Virus record (IMG/VR): IMGVR_UViG_3300045988_083036
Coordinates: 1 to 40,266 of that record
Direction: 5' to 3' (one strand)
Source: a virus
Length of the DNA stretch: 40,266 bases
The position numbers were made by a program, and so were the translations under genes. Below are positions 1 to 6,455 of the stretch, piece by piece. Position 1 is the first letter of the stretch. Each line of letters starts with the position of its first letter. The notes beneath the pieces are model-generated. The model was given only the letters and a program-made list of their open reading frames with translations, ran no database searches and was not told the origin of the DNA.

Positions 1-55
1 AAAGCCATAAAAACCGATGGGTTTTCTGAGAAACCCACGGAAACCGATGGGTTTT
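1..55. repeat. Terminal overlap copy 1, identical to 40212-40266
   Basis: Compared by hand: aaagccataaaaaccgatgggttttctgagaaacccacggaaaccgatgggtttt occurs at both ends. Confidence 0.95.
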
Positions 56-744
56 TAGATTGCCGAATTTCAGCAGGTGAGAAACCCACGGAAACCGATG
101 GGTTTTTAGATTGCCGAATTTCAGCAGGTGAGAAACCCACGGAAACCGATGGGTTTTTAGATTGCCGAATTTCAGCAGGTGAGAAACCCACGGAAACCGA
201 TGGGTTTTTAGATTGCCGAATTTCAGCAGGTGAGAAACCCACGGAAACCGATGGGTTTTTAGATTGCCGAATTTCAGCAGGTGAGAAACCCACGGAAACC
301 CATAAAAACCAAGAATTAATAATTAAAAATTACACTGATACTAAAGTATCAGATACTACTACTGTTGTTGAGCACGATTTGGACGCAGACCTTTCAAAGA
401 TTGCGCACCACTTCCAAGAGGCTTTTGGAGACCTGCCGCCGTCTGTCGGCTACAAAATAAGCAGCTGGCGGCAAACGTTCAGCGCTGAGATGATTATTCT
501 GGCAATCGACCGAGCTGCCGAGGCTGGGAAGCGGAACTGGACGTATGTAGACGGCACTCTAAGAAACTGGAAGAGGGACGGAATAAAAACACCAGCCGAG
601 GTAGCTGCAAGCGATGAACAGTGGCAAAGCCGCCAGCAGCAGGCGCGGCCTGGCAGATCGACCCGGCAGCCCGCAGAAAGCACGAGAGACCAGCTTGCCC
701 GGGTGCTGGGCAACATGGACAAAGAAAGGGGTTTTGACACATGA
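1..744 (+). CDS. Replisome organizer / replication initiator, DnaD-like C-terminal domain (3' part of the gene that starts at 39939 and wraps)
   Basis: Frame 1 is open from base 1 and is in phase with ATG 39939 across the overlap. It contains five 17-aa repeats (EKPTETDGFLDCRISAG). The DnaD-type motif SWRQTFSAEMIILAIDRAAEAGKRNWTYVDGTLRNWKRDGIKT follows. Confidence 0.85.
   Translation, partial: KAIKTDGFSEKPTETDGFLDCRISAGEKPTETDGFLDCRISAGEKPTETDGFLDCRISAGEKPTETDGFLDCRISAGEKPTETDGFLDCRISAGEKPTETHKNQELIIKNYTDTKVSDTTTVVEHDLDADLSKIAHHFQEAFGDLPPSVGYKISSWRQTFSAEMIILAIDRAAEAGKRNWTYVDGTLRNWKRDGIKTPAEVAASDEQWQSRQQQARPGRSTRQPAESTRDQLARVLGNMDKERGFDT
28..300 (+). repeat. Five perfect 51-bp tandem repeats plus an 18-nt partial sixth copy; candidate origin iterons
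   Basis: The unit is gagaaacccacggaaaccgatgggtttttagattgccgaatttcagcaggt, starting at 28, 79, 130, 181 and 232, with a partial copy at 283. Each unit contains the inverted repeat AAACCCA-N10-TGGGTTT and a GAAACC direct sub-repeat. Confidence 0.9.
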
Positions 745-1316
745 CCAAGGAAGAAGCGGCGGAGCTGATCTTGATGAACGCAACGCTGTACAAGCTGGGA
801 ACAAAACCGCTGACCGATGACGAGATGAAAACCACCATCGACATTTGGACGTATCAGTTCCGGGATTATCCCGGCGAAGTGGTGAAGCGGGCGTTCCTCG
901 CAGCGAACCGCGTCTGTGTCTATCCCATCACGGTGGCCGATATCTACAAGCAGCTTTCCAAGTGCATCGACCCGGAAGCAGAGTGGGGCGCGCTGGCCGA
1001 TGCAGCCCGCAAGGCACAGAAATACATGAGCTGGAAAAACTTCCCGATGGTGACCGGCATTGACGAGAAGGGCGGGCTTATCCGTAGCGATGGCACGGAA
1101 GAGCTGCAAGTGCTGTACGACAACCTCCCCCCGGCGGCCAAAACTTACGCCGGGAGCGTGGGCGGCCTAAAGGAGCTGGCCATGACCCCGGACCTGACCT
1201 ATCGCCGGGTGGAATTCCTGAAGCAGTCGCGGGAGGACATTACGACCGCGCCCCGGGAAGCTGCCCGGCTGAGAGCCGGGGACACCCCGGCCAGACTGGA
1301 GGCGGCCAATGGGTAG
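741..1316 (+). CDS. Helicase-loader-like protein (SPP1 G39P-like family)
   Basis: ATGA overlap with the upstream gene. The motif IDIWTYQFRDYPGEVVKRAFLAANRVCVYPITVADIYKQL resembles the G39P loader family. It follows the replisome organizer. Confidence 0.6.
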   Translation: MTKEEAAELILMNATLYKLGTKPLTDDEMKTTIDIWTYQFRDYPGEVVKRAFLAANRVCVYPITVADIYKQLSKCIDPEAEWGALADAARKAQKYMSWKNFPMVTGIDEKGGLIRSDGTEELQVLYDNLPPAAKTYAGSVGGLKELAMTPDLTYRRVEFLKQSREDITTAPREAARLRAGDTPARLEAANG

Positions 1317-1494
1317 ATTCAGGGTTTTAGTGGAGTGCCGCAACGAGGGCGGCACAGATCTCCACTGCTGGGATAATGTGCAGGCAGCCAACGAGAAGGA
1401 AGCTGAACACAAGGCTGTGGAGATGGCCAGAAGGTATTACCCGGAATTTGATGAGTTCGAGCCTGTGCGGGTCGAAACATCCCGATGGAGGTGA
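1309..1494 (+). CDS. Hypothetical early protein (61 aa)
   Basis: ORF with a start overlapping the upstream stop, within a co-oriented operon. Confidence 0.5.
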   Translation: MGRFRVLVECRNEGGTDLHCWDNVQAANEKEAEHKAVEMARRYYPEFDEFEPVRVETSRWR

Positions 1495-1500
1495 CAGGCG

Positions 1501-1788
1501 ATGGAAGTTGAGCAGCTGTCTTTCTTCTCAATGCTGGCCGCGCCCACGCTGCCACAGGTGGCGGTCTGCTGCATGGACGGCACACGGGCGGACGCTGCAC
1601 CCGCCGAAAGCTGGATGCAGCGTCTTGTGCAGGGCGGTGAGTATGTCGTGCAGGTCGCAGGACATCCGCTGGTGTTAAAGCCCGTCCCCGGAACGCCTGA
1701 CAGCATCCAGAGCGGGCACGAATACTACCACTACACCATCGGCCCGCGCCTGTACGCGGGGACGTTTGTCGGGAGGATACAGCATTGA
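1501..1788 (+). CDS. Hypothetical early protein (95 aa)
   Basis: ORF tightly packed in the early operon. Confidence 0.55.
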   Translation: MEVEQLSFFSMLAAPTLPQVAVCCMDGTRADAAPAESWMQRLVQGGEYVVQVAGHPLVLKPVPGTPDSIQSGHEYYHYTIGPRLYAGTFVGRIQH

Positions 1789-2159
1789 GAAGCCTTGAGG
1801 AAATCGACCGCGACCTTCAAATCGCATACACTGACATGGCGAGTTTTATTAAAAGCGGCTTCCCGGTCTCCCCGATTCTGCAAGATGACATCGACGAGCT
1901 GAGGGATGAACGCGCTGCCGTAGTAAAGGCCATGCAGGACGCTGGCCTGATGCGGTATGAGGTTTGCATCCTGCCGAAGCCGGAAAACACGTCCAGCTAT
2001 TGCGCAGCGTTATACAAAGTCACGGCCACAAGCAGAGATCAGGCTTTCGAGCATGGCAAGGAAACCTTTATCCGCGGTTTTGCAAACTGCGGCGTCACTG
2101 CCGAAGATTTTGACGCAGGATATGACATCGGCGTCACGAAAGGAGAAAAGATTGAATGA
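1785..2159 (+). CDS. Hypothetical early protein (124 aa)
   Basis: ORF with a 4-nt overlap on both neighbours. Confidence 0.6.
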   Translation: MRSLEEIDRDLQIAYTDMASFIKSGFPVSPILQDDIDELRDERAAVVKAMQDAGLMRYEVCILPKPENTSSYCAALYKVTATSRDQAFEHGKETFIRGFANCGVTAEDFDAGYDIGVTKGEKIE

Positions 2160-2728
2160 AAGCACACGTTTCAAACGGCTGCAAGCCCTGCCCGTTTTGC
2201 GGCGCACCTGTCACGGTACGCCTTATGAGAAAAGGCCCTGACTTCATCGCCTGCACCAACAAGCAGGAGTGCGGCGCGATCGTCAGCTTTAACAATACCC
2301 CGTGCGACTGTTTCGGGGCATCCCCGGTGGACTACTTCAACAGGAGGGCCAGCACGGACGAGATTGCACTGGTAGAAGATGCCCCAGCAGTCGTCCCGGA
2401 TGTCCAGCGCTGGCGCGACCCCGACAAAGACCCGCCCAAGGTCGAAACCGAAGTACTGATTTTGTACCGCAACGATATTGACGGATACGGTATTACGACA
2501 GCGCACTATGAAGACGGGAGCGTTTTTTTACAAGATAGCGTATGGTATTGGGAAGACCTTCCCGATTGGGGAACATACGACGAAGAGCGGGACGACTACA
2601 AAATCCCGAAAGGCTGGTGGGAATACCGCCACTTCAACCCTGACGAGGTTTACAATAACAAGATAGACCGCCCTGTTGTGGGCTGGATGCCGCTGCCGGA
2701 GAAGCTGAAAAAGGAGGGCGTGGCATGA
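2156..2728 (+). CDS. Lar-like zinc-ribbon (restriction alleviation family) fused to a DUF551 domain
   Basis: N-terminal motif CPFCGAPVTVRLMRKGPDFIACTNKQECGAIVSF. The C-terminal part (DPPKVETEVLILYRN...VVGWMPLPE) is typical of DUF551. Confidence 0.65.
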   Translation: MKAHVSNGCKPCPFCGAPVTVRLMRKGPDFIACTNKQECGAIVSFNNTPCDCFGASPVDYFNRRASTDEIALVEDAPAVVPDVQRWRDPDKDPPKVETEVLILYRNDIDGYGITTAHYEDGSVFLQDSVWYWEDLPDWGTYDEERDDYKIPKGWWEYRHFNPDEVYNNKIDRPVVGWMPLPEKLKKEGVA

Positions 2729-3069
2729 GCAAGCGGAAATATCTTGAGGCTGAAACCCTGAAGCAACATCTTTTCGCGGAGGCCACTCTGGGCTACGTCA
2801 AGACATTGGAAGATGTGAACAGGGTCATTGATGCCCTGCCTGAAGCTGACCCGCAGGAAATGGCCCGCCAGCTCTGGAGAGACGCAAAGAAAGACCCGCC
2901 TGACCCGAATGTTGATGTCATCGTGTACTGCTCCGATGGTGATATCTTGACCGCATTCATGTATGACAACGGAGATTGGGCTGAGAACAGAGAGTGCATT
3001 CCTCTGGATGATGTCACCCACTGGATGCCTAACATCGCAGGCCCTGAACTGGAGGAACCTGAAGCATGA
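2725..3069 (+). CDS. DUF551 domain protein
   Basis: Motif DPPDPNVDVIVYCSDGDILTAFMYDNGDWAE...VTHWMP. Confidence 0.6.
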   Translation: MSKRKYLEAETLKQHLFAEATLGYVKTLEDVNRVIDALPEADPQEMARQLWRDAKKDPPDPNVDVIVYCSDGDILTAFMYDNGDWAENRECIPLDDVTHWMPNIAGPELEEPEA

Positions 3070-3716
3070 AAGTTTTGATAGCCTGCGAGGAGAGCCAAGA
3101 GGTTTGCAAGGCTTTCCGAGCACGAGGGCATGAGGCGTACTCTTGCGACATTCAGGAACCATCTGGCGGTCACCCGGAATGGCACATCCTTGGCGATGCT
3201 CTGTTGCCACTGAGGGGGGGGCAAATTGAGACGATGGATGATAAAGGGCATTACATTGATGCTTGGGACTTGCTCATTGCGCACCCGCCCTGCACATACC
3301 TGAGCAATGCCGGCGCACGGCATCTCTGGAAAGGGCACCAGCTTCAAGCTGACCGCGTGATGTTGGGCATTCAGGGCCGCGACCTGTTTATGCGGTTCTG
3401 GTGGGCAGATGTGCCGAGAATCTGCGTGGAAAATCCCGTGCCGAGTAAGGTTTTCTGTCTGCCACCGTATACGCAAGCTGTGCAACCGTATGAGTATGGA
3501 CACCCATACAGCAAGAAAACTTGCCTTTGGCTGAAGGCTCTGCCGCCACTATTCCCAACCGATATTGTGGAGCCTGTGGCTACATGGTGTCCGTCCGGCT
3601 CTTACGCACATAAGCATGATGAGCGCAACAAGGGTATGTTTACCACTGACCGCGCTAAAAATCGAGCAAAAACATTCACCGGAGTTGCGAAAGCTATGTC
3701 TGAGCAATGGGGATGA
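3066..3716 (+). CDS. Minimal C5-cytosine-methyltransferase-like protein (216 aa, no obvious target-recognition domain)
   Basis: N-terminus MKVLIACEESQEVCKAFRARGHEAYSCD. It has a PC-type motif (AHPPCTYLS) and an ENV-like motif (ICVENPV). Confidence 0.55.
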   Translation: MKVLIACEESQEVCKAFRARGHEAYSCDIQEPSGGHPEWHILGDALLPLRGGQIETMDDKGHYIDAWDLLIAHPPCTYLSNAGARHLWKGHQLQADRVMLGIQGRDLFMRFWWADVPRICVENPVPSKVFCLPPYTQAVQPYEYGHPYSKKTCLWLKALPPLFPTDIVEPVATWCPSGSYAHKHDERNKGMFTTDRAKNRAKTFTGVAKAMSEQWG

Positions 3717-3739
3717 TTGGAGGAAAAGAACGATAGGAG

Positions 3740-4048
3740 ATGAACGCGCAAAATGACACACAAGGAATTTTTGGAGCGCAAAATCGACATTGCGCCCACT
3801 GTAGACTGGAGCGTGAACCGATGAACCACGAAAACAACTTGGGCCGAAATGCCGAACACTATGCAGACCCGACCCCGGCCGCAGCTATACGCAACATCTT
3901 CCGGGACGAGTACCAGAAGGAAGCCGCCCGGCTTGACAGAATCGGAGACATCGTTCCCCTGCTGCGCCAGATGGCCGACATCGCAGGGTTCGAGATCATA
4001 GGCCGCATCCCGCTGAGGGACAAGGCCACCGGAAAGGAGTATCGGTAA
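3740..4048 (+). CDS. Hypothetical protein (alternative start ATG 3821)
   Basis: ORF in the operon. The GGAG upstream of 3821 is better spaced than the one before 3740. Confidence 0.5.
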   Translation: MNAQNDTQGIFGAQNRHCAHCRLEREPMNHENNLGRNAEHYADPTPAAAIRNIFRDEYQKEAARLDRIGDIVPLLRQMADIAGFEIIGRIPLRDKATGKEYR

Positions 4049-4353
4049 TGGAAAGAGCTGAAGCGATTATCGCCGCCTGTCGCGATACGATGTTGACCAC
4101 ATTGGAAAAGATCGGCGGCCAGAGCCTCATTTGTTCGTGGACGCGCCGGGATGGTACGGTGGTCAGACTGTCGCTGAAAATCATGCCCCACAACGAGAAC
4201 ACCATTGCAGATGCCATCTGCGACATGGACGATGAGGAGCTGGCCAAGCGCCTTATCCCCATTGTCGTGAACCAGATGTGCGAGGACCATGTACCCACGG
4301 AAGAAGAGGCGCTGAAGTGGCTCCAGCAGCCTGCCAGCTGCCTGAAGGAGTAA
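4048..4353 (+). CDS. Hypothetical protein (101 aa)
   Basis: ORF with TAATG stop/start coupling to the upstream gene. Confidence 0.55.
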   Translation: MERAEAIIAACRDTMLTTLEKIGGQSLICSWTRRDGTVVRLSLKIMPHNENTIADAICDMDDEELAKRLIPIVVNQMCEDHVPTEEEALKWLQQPASCLKE

Positions 4354-4363
4354 GGAGGACGAA

Positions 4364-4531
4364 ATGGCAAAACACTACAAGATTGACTGTGACAAGGTAG
4401 AGGACAGAAAGGCACTGACCGTCATTCTCGCAATGAACGGCTACACCGTCCGCATGGGCAAAGAGAAGCGCGGCGGAAAGTCCACCTTGACCTATTTCGT
4501 GGAGTATTGGAGGGCTGACGATGAAGGGTAA
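4364..4531 (+). CDS. Small hypothetical protein (55 aa, not in the ORF track)
   Basis: AAGGAGGA RBS 6 nt upstream of ATG 4364. It reads MAKHYKIDCDKVEDRKALTVILAMNGYTVRMGKEKRGGKSTLTYFVEYWRADDEG and overlaps the next start by 11 nt. Confidence 0.5.
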   Translation: MAKHYKIDCDKVEDRKALTVILAMNGYTVRMGKEKRGGKSTLTYFVEYWRADDEG

Positions 4532-5081
4532 CGCAGCGGCCAGCGCCCGCCGCAGCTACATGGGCGCACGGAGCCGCGCAGAAGGCGCAGGTTTTGAGGC
4601 CATCATCAGCTCCGCTTGCGACTACTACCGCGCAATCGGGCGGGCAGACATCGAGAAAACCCCGGAGCCGATGAAGCCCCTCGGTGGTGCAGATCGCTCC
4701 GGCAGATTCCTCGCCTGCTACACCAAACAGGCACAGCCAGACTACAAAGGAGTTCTCTCAGGCGGAAGAGCGGTCGTTTTCGAGGCGAAGCACACCGACA
4801 CCGGTCGTTTGTTGTCCGACCGCGTATCAGCCGAGCAAGCCGCCTGTTTGCGCCGGATATCACGGCTGGGCGGTATCGCGTTCGTTCTGTGTTCATTCAA
4901 TGGCCGGGAGTTCTACCGCATTCCGTGGCCGATCTGGGAAGACATGAAGAACGTGTTTGGCCGGAAGTACATCACCCCGGCGGATTTGGCAGAGTACCAT
5001 ATCCGCGTTGCGGCGCCCGGAGTGTTGCTATTTTTGGAGGGAGTAAAGGAGAAAAACGATGGCTCGAAGATGGACACCTGA
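4521..5081 (+). CDS. recU: RecU-like Holliday junction resolvase (PD-(D/E)xK)
   Basis: Motif PDYKGVLSGGRAVVFEAKHT, plus overall RecU-like length and layout. Confidence 0.7.
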   Translation: MKGNAAASARRSYMGARSRAEGAGFEAIISSACDYYRAIGRADIEKTPEPMKPLGGADRSGRFLACYTKQAQPDYKGVLSGGRAVVFEAKHTDTGRLLSDRVSAEQAACLRRISRLGGIAFVLCSFNGREFYRIPWPIWEDMKNVFGRKYITPADLAEYHIRVAAPGVLLFLEGVKEKNDGSKMDT

Positions 5082-5574
5082 AAGTGAGAATGAAAAGCCT
5101 CCCCAGAATAAAAAAGCGCAGCTAGTCAGAGGGTGGTTTGAGCGCCTGCCCCGGATGCGGGAACAGATACAGCAGCAGGAAGAACGCATTGTAGATCTGC
5201 AGTGCATTGCTACCGCGACCACATCTAACGTCTCATCTGCACCCGGACGTTCTGGAACCAGCGATAAGGTGGGAAATGGAAGCACTGCAATCGTTGAAGC
5301 AAAGGAAAAGCTCGCTGCACTCAAGTGCGAGTACGTAGAAATGCAGAAAGCGGCAATTGATACGGCATACCTGCTGAACGCTGACCAAGCGTCAATCCGC
5401 CGCAGCAAGTGCATCATCCTGTGCTATGTAGAGGGCAAGACGCGCGAGCAGGCCGCTGCTGAGGTGGGCTTTGCACAGGCACATACGGCATCCAGAGCAA
5501 TTACAGCCGGGTTTGAAGCCCTTGCGGAGATCTGGGAAGCAACGCCTTTTTGCAATTTTGACGAAAGCGCATAA
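5059..5574 (+). CDS. Putative late-gene transcriptional activator (ArpU/RinA/DUF1492-like, sigma-70 region-4-like HTH)
   Basis: AAGGAG RBS. C-terminal HTH IILCYVEGKTREQAAAEVGFAQAHTASRAI. It is the last early gene before the packaging module. Confidence 0.55.
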   Translation: MARRWTPESENEKPPQNKKAQLVRGWFERLPRMREQIQQQEERIVDLQCIATATTSNVSSAPGRSGTSDKVGNGSTAIVEAKEKLAALKCEYVEMQKAAIDTAYLLNADQASIRRSKCIILCYVEGKTREQAAAEVGFAQAHTASRAITAGFEALAEIWEATPFCNFDESA

Positions 5575-5779
5575 AAATCACGCATTTTTTTGTATTGCTT
5601 CGGGTATGTATGCGGTATGTACAGACACCATGAAAAAGTGATTCAATAATATCATCGGCAAAGCCGTAAAGGCAAACCGATCTGCGCAGTCTCCGAAACG
5701 AACCTCCCAAAAATGCTTCCTCCAAAGGAAAAGGCTTGACCGGCATTTTTCTTCCTCTCGTTTCGCGGGCTGCTTCTAT

Positions 5780-5856
5780 GTTCCGGTAGCTCAACTGGTA
5801 GAGCAGCAGCCTATTGAAGCAGCAAGTAGTTGGTTCAAATCCATCCCGGAACACCA
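5780..5856 (+). tRNA. tRNA-like gene with an 8-nt anticodon loop (CTATTGAA) and encoded CCA
   Basis: Acceptor stem GTTCCGG/CCGGAAC and D arm GCTC-AACTGGTA-GAGC. T arm GTTGG-TTCAAAT-CCATC has one T.T mismatch. The anticodon stem GCAGC/GCAGC has a central A.A. Confidence 0.6.
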
Positions 5857-5972
5857 TATGGCGCATGGACTCATCCCCCACAAAGCTGCACGCTTAACCT
5901 CCCGTGCTACGAGAGAAAGCTTTGAATCCCTGAGGGTGTGGGTAGACTTCCCGACGGGATGTGCGTCAAACA

Positions 5973-6004
5973 ACAGCCCTGGCGGAGAACCAGGGCTGTT
6001 TTAT
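5973..6004 (+). terminator. Hairpin with a T-tract (intrinsic-terminator-like)
   Basis: 10-bp stem ACAGCCCTGG/CCAGGGCTGT, 7-nt loop, then TTTTAT. Confidence 0.55.
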
Positions 6005-6006
6005 AT

Positions 6007-6074
6007 GGCCGCCTGAGCGCAATGTGGAGCGCGGTGCGTGTGTAGACACGGCTGGTTCGATTCCAAGGGCGGCT
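6007..6074 (+). ncRNA. Degenerate 68-nt tRNA-like element (no usable anticodon loop)
   Basis: Acceptor stem GGCCGCC/GGCGGCT, D arm GCGC-AATGTGGA-GCGC and T loop GGTTCGATTCC. The central arm is CGTGT-GTAG-ACACG and the T stem has only 3 bp. Confidence 0.35.
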
Positions 6075-6080
6075 TTTTAT

Positions 6081-6156
6081 ATTCCCGTAGTTCAAGTGAT
6101 GGAACAGCGGTCTCCAAAACCGCAGGCTGCAGGTTTGAGCCCTGCCGGGAATGCCA
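6081..6156 (+). tRNA. tRNA-Trp (anticodon CCA), CCA encoded
   Basis: Canonical cloverleaf. Acceptor stem ATTCCCG/CGGGAAT. Anticodon arm GCGGT-CTCCAAA-ACCGC. T arm GCAGG-TTTGAGC-CCTGC. Confidence 0.9.
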
Positions 6157-6220
6157 TTTGCGTACCCTGTGAGGGGGCTGCGCAGATAGCGGAGCATCTG
6201 GCCGCGAAAGTTCCAGATGA

Positions 6221-6258
6221 GCGGCTTTGTGTACGACAGGCAAAGCTGCTTATTATAT
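6221..6258 (+). terminator. Hairpin with a weak T-rich tail
   Basis: 9-bp stem GCGGCTTTG/CAAAGCTGC (one G.T pair), followed by TTATTATAT. Confidence 0.4.
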
Positions 6259-6394
6259 GCCGCCATAGCTCAATTGGGAGAGCGCCGCCCATTTAAGGCG
6301 GGACAACGTTGGTGACACCACGGGAACATCACTGCACAGCCAACCACTGCGCACATCCATTCCGCGGGTGCTGGTTCAAATCCAGCTGGCGGCA
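6259..6394 (+). tRNA. tRNA-like gene interrupted by a 68-nt insertion between the anticodon stem and the T arm; loop CATTTAA (A at position 33)
   Basis: Acceptor stem GCCGCCA/TGGCGGC and D arm GCTC-AATTGGGA-GAGC. Anticodon arm CCGCC-CATTTAA-GGCGG. An insert occupies 6302-6369, followed by a perfect T arm GCTGG-TTCAAAT-CCAGC. Confidence 0.5.
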
Positions 6395-6406
6395 CATTCG
6401 ATTTTG

Positions 6407-6437
6407 ACCGTTCGGGTTTCCGGGCGGTTTTTATTTT
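6407..6437 (+). terminator. Intrinsic terminator closing the tRNA island
   Basis: Stem ACCGTTCG/CGGGCGGT (two G.T pairs), followed by TTTTTATTTT. Confidence 0.6.
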
Positions 6438-6455
6438 ACACGGGAGGAGAATAAC

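Noticed and set aside
28-300. The regular 51-bp repeats could be mistaken for a CRISPR array.
   Set aside because: The units are directly abutting with no spacers, they are 51 bp long, and they lie in frame inside a coding sequence. No cas genes are present.
5501-5881. A 126-aa minus-strand ORF across the first tRNA-like gene.
   Set aside because: The translation contains the LYQLSY-type artefact of reading a tRNA gene in reverse. It overlaps the end of the late-activator gene.
5857-6258. HDV-like (theta-type) ribozymes immediately 3' of the tRNAs; also checked at 12108-12205.
   Set aside because: I could not place a P1 helix of about 7 bp starting at the tRNA 3' end with a partner 25-35 nt downstream, nor a P1.1/P3 arrangement. 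A covariance-model search is still advisable.
5780-6394. Suppressor tRNAs or stop-codon recoding, as seen in some gut phages.
   Set aside because: None of the loops reads CTA, TCA or TTA in a proper 7-nt context. All large genes (terL, portal, tape measure and others) are uninterrupted in the standard code.
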